A DNA stretch of 64,000 bases. Source: Octopus sinensis. Taxonomy: Eukaryota. Below are positions 12,189 through 26,519 of the stretch, one piece after another. Where the stretch lies: positions 56,296,001 to 56,360,000 of the forward strand of contig NC_042998.1 of assembly GCF_006345805.1 (NCBI RefSeq). The letters run 5' to 3'. The notes beneath the pieces are model-generated. The model saw only the letters and a list, made by a program, of their open reading frames with translations. It did not search any database and was not told where the DNA came from. Each line of letters starts with the position of its first letter. Position 1 is the stretch's first letter. The position numbers and the translations under genes were made by a program.

Positions 12189-12963
12189 CAATGCCTACCA
12201 ACAAGAAACTACCAGCCAACATATTAAGAACGGCAGTAAGCCCAACATGTCATGTATGTCGACAACAAAATGAAACCATTGATCATGTTGTCTCCAAGTG
12301 CAGTCTTCTAGCGCCTACAGAGTATCTCAACAGGCATGATAGAGCTGCACAATATATTCACTAGGTAATTTGCAAAAACCTGGATTGCCCCATGAAAATA
12401 CTGGTGGGAACACAATCCACCTCCAGTGCTTGAAAATGTCCACATCTCACTCCTCTGGAACTTCACCATTCAAACTAACAGAAAGATAGATGCAAATAGG
12501 CCAAACATCATATTGAAAGACTTCAGACACAGAACATAACTCCTCTTGATATGACTGTCCCAATCGATATAAACGTATCTGTCAAGACCTACCAAAAACT
12601 GAGCAATATAAAGATCTTGAAATAGAAATCAGCAAAATGTGGAAGCTGAAGACTAAAACAATACCTGTTTCATAGGTGGGAATGATAGCGAAAGGGGCTG
12701 ATTGCTACCTAACTCAGATACCAGGAAACCCAAAATGGCAGAAATTCAAAAGATAGTTTCATGGGAACTGCTCATATCCTACGCAAAATACTCTCTATAT
12801 AATCCCAAGGTTAAAACAACTTTTTTTTTTACTTTTTTTAAAAATTTATTTATTGACATTCACTAGTACAACCAAAAAAGACCCCAAATATATGGCACAC
12901 TAGGCATAACACAACGTGAACTTCCAACCTGTTGTCTCTTGAGCAAAAAAAAGTCAAACATAG
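12189..12963 (+). mobile_element. 5'-truncated Dong fragment, family C (CCHC + RLE)
   Basis: CHVCRQQNETIDHVVSKC zinc finger, RLE remnants, family C 3' UTR. Confidence 0.85.
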
Positions 12964-12985
12964 AATAATGATAATAATAATACTA

Positions 12986-13022
<37 letters not shown>

Positions 13023-13039
13023 TAATAATAATAACAATA

Positions 13040-13078
<39 letters not shown>

Positions 13079-13897
13079 GCGCACACACGAGAAGTTAGCC
13101 CACAACCTGTCCTGTTACTATGCAGTAAGTATAGATATGAGGTTACGTTTGCTTGGTACCACATGGTGCACCGGAAAAAGTAACGGACGAAAAGGGAGAG
13201 GCAAAAATCCTCTGGGACTTTGGACTTCCAGACAGACAAGGTATTCTTTTCTACTCTAGGCACAAGGCTCGAAATTTTGAGGGAGGGTGCCAGTCGATTA
13301 GATCGACCCCAGTACGCAACTGGTACTTAATTTATCGTACCCGAAGGATGAAGGCAAAGTCGACCTCGGCGGAATTTGAACTCAGAACATAAAGACAGAC
13401 GAAATACCGCTAAGCATTTCGCCCGGCGTGCTAACATTTCTTCAGACAGAAAGCGGTATTAGAGTACCGAAGGCCGGATATATATAGTACCTTTAAGAAG
13501 GACAAACAAAGGTGCCTATTAATTGACGTGGCAGTGCCAGGAGATCAACATATATCATGAAATAAGAAAGAGAAAGGATTGATAAATATGGAGACCTGAA
13601 ATTGAGATCGCTAAAATGTAGCAGCTACTTGAGTCAAACAACGGTTATCCCTATTGTAATCGGAGTATTGAGTCAATACCATCCAATCTGAAAAAAAACA
13701 TCTGGAAACTTTAGAAATAACCTACAATCTAGGTGTATTGCAAAAGTCGGCATTACTTGGAATGAACGCATATGCGTAAAGTACTGTCTGTCTGAGTAGT
13801 TATTGTTGTGACTTGACAGACAGTACAAAATCCCCGGTAGACACAATATCTTCAATCAACAACTCCCACGATATTTTATACTGTGCGACGTCGTCAT
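13079..13897 (+). mobile_element. Dong family B fragment (duplicate)
   Basis: Copy of 10714-11522. Confidence 0.85.
13246..13440 (-). mobile_element. SINE (duplicate of 10878-11072)
   Basis: Same sequence and junctions. Confidence 0.85.
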
Positions 13898-13949
13898 ATA
13901 ATAATAATAATAATAATAAAATAATAATAATAATAATAATAATAAAATA

Positions 13950-14423
13950 GTTCCCAATCGATATAACGTATTGTCAAGACCTACCAAAAACTGAGCAAAT
14001 ATAAAGATCTTGAAAGAAATAGAAATCAGCAAAATGTGGAAGCTGAAGACTAAAACAATACCTGTTGTCATAGGTGCCCTGGGAATGATAGCAAAAGGGG
14101 CTGATAGCTACCTAACTCAGATACCAGGAAAAACCAAAATGGCAGAAGTTCAAAAGATAGTGCTATGGGAACTGCTCATATCCTACGCAAAATACTCTCT
14201 ATGTAATCTCAAGGTTTTAAACAAAACATAAGTTTCGGTTTAAAAAAAAAAAAAAAAATTTTTTTTTTTTTAGACATTCATTAGTACAACATCCCCACCC
14301 CCCAAATATATGGCACACTAGGCATAACAACAACACATGAACTTCCAACCCTGTTGTCTCTTGAGTCTCTGGGTGAGACTTGGAGCCAACTTGTACAACA
14401 AATATAAAGCAAAGTCAAACATA

Positions 14424-14424
<1 letters not shown>
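13950..14424 (+). mobile_element. Dong family C short fragment (duplicate)
   Basis: Copy of 11608-12075. Confidence 0.85.
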
Positions 14425-14477
<53 letters not shown>

Positions 14478-14504
14478 TGATGATAATAATATATAATAAT
14501 AATA

Positions 14505-14574
<70 letters not shown>

Positions 14575-15365
14575 CAATGCCTACCAACAAGAAACTACCA
14601 GGCCAACATATTAAAGAACGGCAGTAGCCCAACATGTCATGTATGTCGACAACAAAATGAAACCATTGATCATGTTGTCTCCAAGTGCAGTCTTCTAGCG
14701 CCTACAGAGTATCTCAACAGGCATGATAGAGCTGCACAATATATTCACTAGGTAATTTGCAAAAACCTGGATTTGCCCCATGAAAAATACTGGTGGGAAC
14801 ACAATCCACCTCCAGTGCTTGAAAATGTCCACATCTCACTCCTCTGGAACTTCACCATTCAAACTAACAGAAAGATAGATGCAAATAGGCCAAACATCAT
14901 ATTGAAAGACTTCAGACAAAGAACATAACTCCTCATTGATATGACTGTCCCAATCGATATAAACGTATCTGTCAAGACCTACCAAAAACTGAGCAAATAT
15001 AAAGATCTTGAAATAGAAATCAGCAAAATGTGGAAGCTGAAGACTAAAACAATACCTGTTGTCATAGGTGGGAATGATAGCGAAAGGGGCTGATTGCTAC
15101 CTAACTCAGATACCAGGAAACCCCAAAATGGCAGAAATTCAAAAGATAGTGTTCATGGGAACTGCTCATATCCTACGCAAAATACTCTCTATATAATCCC
15201 AAGGTTTAAAACAAACTTTTTTTTTTACTTTTTTTAAAAATTTATTTATTAGACATTCACTAGTACAACACCAAAAAAGACCCCAAATATATGGCACACT
15301 AGGCATAACAACAACGTGAACTTCCAACCTGTTGTCTCTTGAGCAAAAGCAAAAGTCAAACATAG
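14575..15365 (+). mobile_element. Dong family C long fragment (duplicate)
   Basis: Copy of 12189-12963. Confidence 0.85.
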
Positions 15366-15389
15366 AATAATGATAATAATAATAATATA

Positions 15390-15444
<55 letters not shown>

Positions 15445-15493
15445 GATATTAATAATAATAATGATAATAATAATAGTAATAATAATAATAATA

Positions 15494-15530
<37 letters not shown>

Positions 15531-15557
15531 TATTATTATTGCATGAACTGCTCTCTC

Positions 15558-15621
<64 letters not shown>

Positions 15622-15633
15622 GTAATAATAATA

Positions 15634-15951
15634 GGGATGGCACTCCGTGGATTACGACAATGGGGGTTTAGTTGATTCGATGAGTGGAACAGCCTTCCTT
15701 AAAATCCTGTTCGTGAAATCAACGTGCAAGTTGTTGAGTACTCTGCAGATATGCGTACCGTAGTTTTCGGGGAGATTCAGCGTGACACCGAATGTGACAA
15801 GGTTAGCCCATTGAAATACAGGTACACCTCATTTTTTGCCAGCTAAAAATAAAGTGTCTTGCTCAAGGACACAACGCGCCGCTAGGAATTGAACTCACGA
15901 CCTTACGGACGGTGAACCGAATACCCTAACCAATAAGCTACGCGCCTTCAC
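15634..15951 (-). mobile_element. tRNA-headed SINE (second family)
   Basis: Minus strand starts GTGAAGGCGCGTAGCTTATTGG (A-box-like), then GAGTTCAATTCC (B-box) and GTGTCCTTGAGCAAGACACTT conserved motif; (ATT)n tail. Confidence 0.8.
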
Positions 15952-16026
15952 AATAATAATAACAACAACAACAATAATAATAATAATCATAGTAATAATA
16001 ATAATAACAACAACAACAACAACAAC

Positions 16027-16060
<34 letters not shown>

Positions 16061-16061
<1 letters not shown>

Positions 16062-17364
16062 TGGATAAATTGATGGAGATAGAAATGACAGAAAAATTTA
16101 AGGTGGAGTACTTGCGCAGACTCAGACTGATCCTTGAGTCGAAATTAAACGGATAGAATAAGATTGAAGCTACCAACACCTGGACGGTTTCGCTCCTTAG
16201 ATATGGAGCAGAGGTAATCGCATGGACAGTAGACGAACTAAACAGCTTAGACAGAAAGACAAGGAAGTTGCTAACTAGATATGGGACACTCCACCCAAAA
16301 AGTGACACAGACAGACAGTATGTGCCAAGAAAAAGAGGGGCAAGAAGACTTATTGGAAGCGAACACAGCATTAGACCAGAAGAAAACAACATAGCATGGT
16401 ATGTTAAAAATTCCTCAGAGCCGCTATTATTAGAAGTAAGAAGGTCAGGCTTGTGTAGGATGAAAGATAGCGAAGATAAAGCTCTGTACAAGAAATTGAA
16501 AACAAATAAAACTGAAAATAGGTGGGTAAAGAAAATAATGCATGGTCAATTTCATAGGGATGTTGAAGATAAGACAGACAGAGAAAAAACATGGCTGTAG
16601 ATAACTAAAAGTGATTTAAAACCGGAAACGGAGGCTCTAATATGTGCTGCCTAAGAGCAAGCACTAAGAACAAACTAAATAAAATACAGAATAGACAACA
16701 CATCAGAAAGTGATTAGTGCAGAATTTGTGGACAAAATGGTGAAACCTTATGGTATATTAAAAGCCAGTATACGCCACTAGCCCAGGAGGAATATAAGAG
16801 ACACCAGGACAATATAGCCAGGCTTGTCCATTGTACAATTTGCAACAAGCACAGACTTGACAGAGCAAAACATTGGCACGACCACAAACCTGAAGGTTTC
16901 GTCGAAAATGATAATGCAAAGATCCTATGGGATTTTATGATCTATTGCGACTATGAGATGGAGAATAGGAAGCCGGACATAGTCTTAATTGAGAAAGAAA
17001 ACAAACTATGCTGCATCATAGATATAGCATGCCCAGCTGGCAACAAGGTATGCAATAAGGAAGAAAGAAAAGTCGAGAGATATGACAGGTTAGCTTGGGA
17101 AATTAAGCAGTTGTGGTCAATGAAAAAGGTAGCAGTAGTACCAATAATTGTCAGAGCCCTTGGAACAGTGAGCACAAATCTCGAGAAGTACGTGGAACAA
17201 ATAAGGGCTGCAATGAGGGTGGAGCACTTGCAGAAAACAGCACTGCTTGGAACCGCCCGAATATTCTGGAAGGTGCTCGAAAAATAAGAGGTGTTACCTT
17301 AGTTCACTGGTAATGAACCGCTGACACCGCAGTACATCTCCGGCGTTAGAAGCTGTGCAAAAGC
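16061..17364 (+). mobile_element. 5'-truncated Dong fragment, family D
   Basis: YLRRLRLILESKLNG, LHPKSDTDR.YVPRKRG, KPDIVLIEKENK.CCIIDIACP, LQKTALLGTARI; flanked by (AAT)n. Confidence 0.85.
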
Positions 17365-17378
17365 AATAATAATAATAA

Positions 17379-17409
<31 letters not shown>

Positions 17410-17503
17410 AAGAAGAAGAAGAAGAAGAAGAAGAAGAAGAAAAGAAGAAGAAGAAGAAGAAGAAAAAGAAGAAGAAGAATGATAATAATAACGATGATGA
17501 TGT

Positions 17504-17560
<57 letters not shown>

Positions 17561-17592
17561 CGATGATGATGATGATGATGATTATTATTATT
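17365..17592. repeat. compound (AAT)(AAG)(GAT)(ATT) microsatellite
   Basis: Directly visible. Confidence 0.95.
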
Positions 17593-20094
17593 ATTTCTAA
17601 TTTAGGTACTAAGCCAGCGATTTTGAGGGGAGGAGTTAACCGATAGCATCAATCCCAGTATGTAGTAATAGTAGGAATTGTAGCATTCGTAGTGGCAGTA
17701 ACATTAATAACGTTGTTGATAATGATAACTAAAATACTGATAAATATTTTCACTTTAATATCTATCAGCATTTACTCTTCATGCATAAACTTGTCTAGTT
17801 AAAAAAATATTTTGGATTGCCGTTATTCAGTATGAAATGCCTTCAATGAGACTAAAATTTTCTATATTCATAATTTGTGTTTTGATCATTGCCTTCAGAG
17901 ACATCCTAATGAAATATATTTGTTGAAAATCCACAGAAGTTTCATTAAATGGAATTCAGAAATATATTCTTCCTTATATTTTTCATTTATCCATGTTTGC
18001 TATATATCTGAAATCAAGAAGATTTTTTTTTTTTTTAATTATTTTATTTTGAAATATGCTAGTACACTGGTGTGATGAAATCCAGTTCACCCATGTACTA
18101 GCAACAAAAGCATTTTTATAGTCAGTAATATTGTATCTTAGGTTGGGTACTGAAACCTATACATGACAAAGCATCGCAGAGAACTTTGTTGTATCCCTTT
18201 ATTTCTGTGTCCGAATCGCGATGGTGTTCGATATATTACTCGAGTTAATATAAGTACTTGTTATATACTAGGTAACATTCATTAAACTTTATTTCCTTGT
18301 TCTTAGAACGATTTTGGTGAAATATTATCAGCAATTACATCATAAAAGAGGCATTCTAGCCATTTAATAACCCATAAAGTTGCTAAATTTAAATTTGTTT
18401 ATTAGATGTCAAAATTTTCGTCTCGTTAAATTTGAAAAATAGCAAATTTTTAAATAATGTAGGTAACAAAAGCACAAGTTAGGATCGCATTCATATTCAA
18501 CGGAAGCCTTCGATGTGGGACGGCTCTTGGAAAACAAAAATGATTATGAGATAAATATTTACGAAGGAGAGTAGGGTCTTACCATTAGAATACATCGAAA
18601 TACTGGCAAGGAAGTTAGTAACATAATGACAGTAACATAAGCCAAAAGCAGAAGGTAAGGATTTCGTGTTAGATGTTCCGATTAATGTGTATGATCACTA
18701 ACCCGAGATCAAAACTATACAACCATACTTATTATAACAGGCATTTTAACGCTACCGTTCTTTTCCAAACATTGTGTATTTAGGCTTACATTATCTAATA
18801 TATATTCTTCCTAATAGGCTACAATTTCTAGCAGAACGTGGTTAAGTTAGAGTTGTCAGCCGGTTTCAACTTTTAGTTGGATGAATTTATTTTGCTTACA
18901 CTGTAAATAACATAAAAAATAATAGAACATCACATACCATTTCATTATTAAAGCTATCTATGTGTGCATACTGAATGAGGTTATAACGAAATTGCCTATA
19001 TATGCCGTGAGTTTTGCCCTTGGACTGAAGATACACACGTTTCAGTTGTGATATAAATGAAATTAATCTAAACTAAGGCATTCACAAAATGTCTATCCAG
19101 CTAATCACTAAAACATAATGCAGAAACTAAATGAATAAAATAATAGTTGTAGATAAGCACAACAAGACAATATTTAATTATTAAGAGCTGTTGTTATTAT
19201 CAGTATAACTACCACCGGAAGCTAATCAAATCAAAACATTATCAATTTGATCAATAGTAGGGTTTTGAACCCATGCTTGACATTTTTTCCTTTCTTTCTC
19301 TTTTGGTGTCTGTTAAACGACGAGAAACCTAAGATTGTATTATAAATGTTTTTGACTTGTGAGATCATTTAGTCTTTGAATGATTTATTGACGTAGTGAA
19401 ATGAATGTCTAAATTATCATAAATCAGAAAACAATTGTTTATTCATAGCTACTGGTATCTGATACCATCGTTCAAGAGATATGTTTGACATACATTCATT
19501 TCATCATGTCGCATTGAAAAGTAATGGAAGAGAGTTAATTCATATGAATTAGACCGTGTTATTTACTATCGTTGTATTTTGAAACCAATTTCTTTCCACA
19601 ATTGCAGGAAATAGAAATTATGATAATATTTAAGTGATAGTTTTGCCAGTTATTTATAACAAGTATCAGTAATTAAAATATTCTTTTCTCCTACGCTCCA
19701 GTATTATGGTTATAAATATCTATGCAAGACCGGATTTTGTGGCCCACTTAGAAACTAGATTCGAAACTGATACGGACATCTCATTTTGTTCGTGCTTTTA
19801 GTTGTTATTATTGTTGATGTTGATTTGATGTCGGTGATGTTGATCTCCTTAGTTTTGTTGTGTGGGAGGGAGATCTCGTCAGATGTACTGATACAGCGCA
19901 ATGTTACCAGAGAGTTGGTAGAATCTCATCAGAGTAACACCTAAGAGACGGTCTGAAGGACCTGTATTTTAATTTATTTTCCTAAATAACAGAAACTTTG
20001 TTACTTCTGTAAACAGTTCAAAGATAGTTAAAATAATTTTAAGAGGATTTGAATAGAAATATGAATTCAATTAGATCATTTGGTTTTATAAGTC

Positions 20095-20422
20095 AGTCAG
20101 ATAGAAGGAATAGATCCCTATTAATGAGACCCTCAAAACAGATGAAGTTGATGCAGCTGATGCTAAGTTTAAACAGACCATTAGACTGTAGCAACTATTA
20201 TTTCCTGTTTGCTCACGCATAGAAAGTATGGAGAATGGCTAATATTTCCTTCAAGCTTTGCTTTTTTTACATTTATTCAAACTCCAAAGAATCCTTATCA
20301 ATACATGGCTAAGATGCTTCCCTACTACTGCCCATGGTCAGAGATGCATATATCGTCAGCCACTCAGCTGGTTAAGGTCAAGTAACTCACAGGCAAATCT
20401 GTAGTATTGAGCTGAATATTTT
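20095..20422 (+). mobile_element. LINE-like repeat fragment, same family as 206-418
   Basis: Shared GTCAGCCACT / CTGGTTAAGGTCAA / GCAAATCTGT.GTATTGAGC blocks; the 5' boundary is approximate. Confidence 0.45.
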
Positions 20423-20809
20423 CTATAACAATAGTTCTGCTTCAGTAACTCAGCGCTGAACCGGCCTGAAATGTAATAGAAAATAGGTCAGTTTCAAAAC
20501 ATTGGTGTCCGGGTCACAAAAGCAAAGTTTGAAGGGAACAGTAGTCATTTCCTTTGATTTCTAGATAGAAGCAAATAGGCAAAACAAAAACACTTAATGG
20601 CCAAAGAAAAAAAAATTGTTACAGTGCTATCGACAGACTAAAAGCTGTTGGTCATGAAGGAGTCTTTAAACGTTGTAATTCTGGAAAGATTAATTGGATT
20701 AGAGTGGTGGCCATTTATGTGGCTGGGATACACTCTAGTGTGTTTCCAAAGATTTCCAGAGAAATGCAGAGAAAGAGAGGGGGAAGATAGATATGAATAG
20801 ATAGATAGA

Positions 20810-20822
20810 CAGATATATATAT

Positions 20823-20879
<57 letters not shown>

Positions 20880-20916
20880 GAGATAGAGAGAGAGAGAGAG
20901 AGGAGGGAGAGAGAGA
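20810..20916. repeat. (AGAT)n/(AG)n microsatellite
   Basis: Directly visible. Confidence 0.9.
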
Positions 20917-22700
20917 TGTGTCTGGTGAGGATAGATGCTAGCTCTGGACTGCATTGTTAAGGGTGACGGAAAGAGTACCTTCGGACTGGTCATTTTGTTC
21001 GGTAGGAGGGATTGGAGACATTTCTGTGTGTGGTCTTTATGTCCATGGAGGTTAGACTGGGAACTAACGAGGAATTTTGCTGGGTGTGTGTGCGTGCAGT
21101 GTATAGTTCAAAATGATAGCTTACTTGTAGAGATGTCGTCATTGTTCTGTGGTGAGTGAATAGCGAATCAATTTAGTAAGGAACAAGGCCTTTTTTTATT
21201 ATTTAGAATGCAGGAGAGCTTTACAAGCTGTAAAATTCACGAAAGTATTCTATGCTTTTCTTCTACTTGTCTTTTAGACATCGTGGGTGCGAGTAAAAGA
21301 TCTCTAAATTAACAGTCAGCAGCTCCCAAAGTTATTTTGTCGTGGAACCTTTTATAACTATCCAAAAATCGCGAAACCAATACCTATAATTTGTAGACAA
21401 TCCTTGCTACTCTATGTTTAATAAAACATTAAATGAAAAGAATATATATTTTAGAGGAAGAATTTATTTACGTATAAAAAATTTAAGAACATTATTTTGA
21501 AGTGGTGAATACCGACTTTTTTGTTAATTTAAAACATATTTTAATTAAATTTATCGAAGGGACCTTTTTCTTGTGCAATGCCAGAATTTCTTCCGGAAAC
21601 TTTGGATTTCCTCGGACTAGATTTTGATAAACATTGGTTTAGATGTCGTAAACAATGTTCTTTGCCAGTAATTATGTAGCTCAGATGCAAGTACATTTTG
21701 GGTTTAATTTATAAGTTTGGATGTAAGAATGATGTAAAAGAACAAGCAAAATGTATTGGCTTTAGCCACCTACTAAGCTATCTCAGATATATCTTGTAGT
21801 AACCGTAGAAATTTGCTGTTAGGGGTGGTCTATATAAAACTGGTTGATATCCGACTAGTTAGATGACTTGAAATAACAATGAGTTCAGGAAGTGTTGTAC
21901 CTTCATTGAAGGAAAATGTGATGTGTATTGTCTTGGTGATGATATATTCAGATGACTGGATTGTTATTGAAACAGTTACGGCTGTATAAAATATATCAAT
22001 AAAAGATATCAATGATTTTTAGGGTTTCGGTAGTCTCTCAGAGATACAGTTATATGTTTATATTATCTAGCAAGAAACTCAGTTACTGGATCAGGAGTAA
22101 CGTGATTAGAAGACCTCGAGATTCAGAGGGAGTTGGTGGCACTGCAATCACTGAAGAAAATAACGTTTTGCAAAGGGAGTAAACATTGGATACGTAGTCC
22201 CAGATATTCATAAAAATAAGGGATAGTAATGATTGAATGTATTTGATTATGCAGTCTACTCAATGTAGGTTAACAAGAAGCTAAAAACAACAATAACAAT
22301 GACGGCAACTTCGTCCTGTATGAGTAACTGAACGGCTGCGAGTAGAGCCACTGGAATTTTTAGTCGCAAGGATATTTATTAGAAGATACGAGATTATGTA
22401 TCATTTGATACGGTAGCCTCAATCTTACCCCACTGAGGTATTACCCACTGAAGCAGAATCTTGTCCGATTCGATGGCTGACAAATCCCTGCGAAACCTTT
22501 TGCTTTTTACCTTTTTGATAATGCAAAGGGAAGGTAGTGTCATGTGTGAATCATCAAGAGGCATCGTAATGCCCAAACTAAAGGCATACGAAAGCATACA
22601 TTAGAATAAAATTCACAAAAATATTCATAAGGTGTAGTTAGTGGTGTTATTCCGGGCTACAAAGGTCTTGGGCATTTCCTCTCTTCTCGTGAGTAGCTTT

Positions 22701-22720
22701 AAAATAACAACAACGATGGC

Positions 22721-22819
<99 letters not shown>

Positions 22820-22899
22820 AAAGAAGAAGAAGAAGAAGAAGAAGAAGAAGAAGAAGAAGAATTATTATTATTATTATTATTAATATTATTATTATTATG

Positions 22900-22945
<46 letters not shown>

Positions 22946-22958
22946 TATTATTATTACT
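22701..22958. repeat. (AAT)n-(AAG)n-(ATT)n compound microsatellite
   Basis: Directly visible. Confidence 0.95.
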
Positions 22959-22959
22959 A

Positions 22960-23181
22960 AAGCGGTAAGCTGGCAGAGTCTTTAGCACACAGAACAAAAT
23001 GCCTAGCGGCATTTCGTCCGCCCTTATGTTCAGAGTTTAAATTCCGCCGAGGTCGAACTTGCCTTTCATCCTTTCGTGGTCGATGAAATAAATACCAGTT
23101 ACGCACTGGGTTCGATGTAATCGACTGAATCGCTTCCCCCAAGTTTCAGTCTTTGTGCCTTGCCTATAGTAGAAAGGATTA
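22960..23181 (+). mobile_element. SINE (major family)
   Basis: AGCTGGCAGA head, TTCCGCCGAGGTCGA, GCCTTTCATCCTTTCG, AGTAGAAAGGATT(ATT)n tail. Confidence 0.85.
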
Positions 23182-23185
23182 TCGC

Positions 23186-23218
<33 letters not shown>

Positions 23219-23437
23219 GAAACGGCGAGCTGCCAGAATCGTTTGCACGCCGGGCGAAATGCTTAGCGGCATTTCGTCTGACGCTGTGTTCTGAATTCAA
23301 ATTCCGTCCAGGTCGGCTTTGCTTTTCATCCTTTCGGGGTCGATGAATTAAGTACCAGTGAAACACTGGGGTCGATGTAATCGACTAGTCCCCTCCAACC
23401 AAATTTCAAGGCTTTGTGTCTTTAGTAGAAAGGATTA
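23219..23437 (+). mobile_element. SINE (major family)
   Basis: Same motifs; second of three head-to-tail copies. Confidence 0.85.
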
Positions 23438-23450
23438 TTGTTATTATTAT

Positions 23451-23650
23451 AAGTCGGCGAACTGGCAGAATCGTTAGCACGCCATGCAAAACGCTTAACG
23501 ACATTTCGCCCGTCACAACGTTCTGAGTTCAAATTCCACCGAGGTGGACTTTGTCTTTCATCCTTTCTGGGTCGATTAAATAAGTAGCAGTTGTAATCGA
23601 CACATTCCATCCCCTAATTTTCAGGCCGTGTGTCTTTAGTAGAAAGGATT
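23451..23650 (+). mobile_element. SINE (major family)
   Basis: Same motifs; third copy. Confidence 0.85.
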
Positions 23651-24464
23651 ATTATTACTATATTAAAATTCCACTCGGAGAATATTTTTCTTTATTTTAT
23701 CCTTTATAGGGAAATAAAATAAGTCTCAGTCTTATAAATCTTTGATTTTGTGCAAATGTAAGAAATCATATTTTGTATAAAGAAAATAAAAAAAGTATTT
23801 AGGGCTTATTTTTTTTTTCTTTTTGATTCATTACTATGCGATGCCTTTTAACATTATACACAGTACGATCGATATTTTCTGTTTTCTTTACTTTTTAACA
23901 ATCTCTTCTACACTATTAAAAGTAAAGAAAATAAAAGATAAAGTATTTAATTTTACTAGATCGCTCGATAATTGCTAAGAAGATTAATTTTCCCAAATAT
24001 ATCTCAGACATCTCTAACACACAATGAAGGAATTGGATTTCAACACACGCATTCATGTTCAAGATCGCATCCTCAAAAAAGAATTTCGCATCTTGTACAC
24101 CTCCGAGCAATGTTCTTTGTTTATCCCTTCTAAAATAGTCTATAATTGCTCAAGGGATTAATTTTAAAACATCCGTCCATCTGTAGTTGTCTTTATACTG
24201 GAGTCATAAGACTGTACAGGTGGAATACTGAACAGCAATCTTGTTTCTCAGGAAGGTACATCATATTTCCGGGCTGTCATTCATTGGTGATTTTAACGTG
24301 GAAATTTATTCCCCTTCAGGATTATTCTGATAGTTTGCTCTTTAATCATTAATATCATGTCTCGGCTTCAACACTTAACTTCTTTACTTTTATTTTCAGT
24401 TTATTTGTTTACTCTCTCTCTCGCTCTTTCTCTCTCTCTCTCCCTTTCTCTATCTATCTATCTG

Positions 24465-24617
<153 letters not shown>

Positions 24618-24618
24618 G

Positions 24619-24649
<31 letters not shown>

Positions 24650-25341
24650 TGTGTGTGGGTGTGTAAGATATTTTGATTATATGTTCGTGAAACAAAATAT
24701 ATAAATGTGTGTATATTTATACATATATCATATTATATAAATGGACATACATACATTTATTGCTTCAGCACATTTGTTAAAATATACTTCACACACACAC
24801 ACACACACACACACCACGCACACGCACATACACTTACACACACTCACAAACACAAACACACACACACAAACAGCACAGAAATTTTACTCGTTTTCTTTTG
24901 AGACATGATTCTATACAAACATCGCAAATTTTTTGTTCAACGACAGCTCGTCGAATAAGTTAAATGCTTAGATATAAAGTAATACAATTAAAGAACTGAA
25001 ACATCGCGCGCGCGCGCGTGTACGTTGATAACCAGCGTGGGTGAATGTGTCGCTAATGTGAATATGTAAAGTTATTCACTACTTATGATGTGAATCATAT
25101 CTGGTTGAAATTTAATGGAAGTTAGCTGAAGATCATCTGAAGAATTAAAGTAAAACCTATAGGGATACAGTAAAATCTTTAATCCAAGAAACCGATCTGC
25201 ATCTGCAACAAGAAAACCTTTAGGAGAATTTTGTAGCTGTAGTGAGTAGTGGCAAAGTTATCATTTTGGTCTCTATTTTCTTCGCCAGATTATGAAGAGA
25301 GAAAGAGGTGCTGTTAAGACGTAAGAAGCCAAACAAACAAA

Positions 25342-25372
<31 letters not shown>

Positions 25373-26519
25373 AATAAGAACGAAATACGAGATCTGAAGT
25401 TTTATATTCTTTGTTCCTCACTGTAACTGAGTTGATTGATCTCTCTTTAAATGGTTGACTGTATCCTTCAGCGGAATCCTCTCAGTTGAAACATTTACAC
25501 CAAGTCTCCACTTTCAAGATATCTTCCTCCTTTTTTCCCATCAGTCACGGAGTCCCTATAAAGGAGTAGCGCCTTCTATTCTGACTAAAATATGACAAAT
25601 AAAATGAAACAATCGAATTAAAAATCATTGGTGATGCTACAAGCGATATTAAAATAATATACAGAATGATTAAAATGTCCCTTAAGCATTATATAAACTT
25701 GCTAATATATAAGGACAGTTGAGCTTTTCAAAGTACGCCTCATGGTCTCCTCTCTCGAACTCTCCTTCACACTTCTCCCTTCCTCATAACAGCCTTCTCA
25801 CGTTTGCCCAATGATCTCTCCTGCCTCCGTTCGTTCGCTAACTACCACAGATAAAGGATATTGACAGCTAGAAAGTGACAGGAAGGCAATAGTCCTGGAC
25901 TGGCACTCTATCGACCGCAAAAGGACGGAAGGTAAAATTTATCCCGGAGGGGTTTGAACCCAGAGCGCGGAGAGCTAGAACAAATATCGCGACTGTTTGA
26001 CTTCCACTCCCAAGTCTTTAGTCCACCTGAGGTTATAGTGAAAGAGACTTGCTGCGCAATGGGATCGAATCATGTAGCGATATGAACTTAACGGTACAGG
26101 GATACCTGGAGCCATTCGAGGGATGAGTAGTCTAGACTAGTACGCACTGGGCATACACTCTTTCTGCAGACCTGGTGAGGTCCCTAAACTGAGCACTTAA
26201 GCACTGATGAAAACTGAAATACGTTTTAGCTGAATTTGGTGAACTAACAGAATTGGTAGAATGGTGCGGTATTCAGTTATGTCTCTTAGCGTTATGTGCT
26301 GAATTAAAATCCTGCTGGTAGTTGACTTTTATCTCTCCGATGCCGATAAAATTATGTATCAATTGCCTACATTATAAGTTATTGATATCAGACTCCAACA
26401 TCTTATAGTGGTAAGCTGTACCTAATCTCTGTTGCTGATTTTCTGCTGGGGAGACTGAGAACTAAAGGAAGTCAATCTTTTTCTCGCGGTCAATGCAGAG
26501 AATAATACAACGATGAGTT

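Larger units (their letters stand above)
13079..15365 (+). repeat. second copy of a ~2.4-kb tandem duplication of 10714-12963
   Basis: Same order B-SINE-B / C-short / C-long with identical truncation points; differences are mostly 1-bp indels. Confidence 0.9.

Noticed and set aside
15634-15951. tRNA gene
   Set aside because: Only A/B boxes; no full cloverleaf; continues into a SINE body and tail.
22394-22597. ORF with an RFRR furin-like site
   Set aside because: No signal peptide or homology; the motif lies just past a candidate splice donor.
26196-26230. CTGATGA-AAACT-GAAA hammerhead-like motif
   Set aside because: No stem II pairing and no stem I partner.
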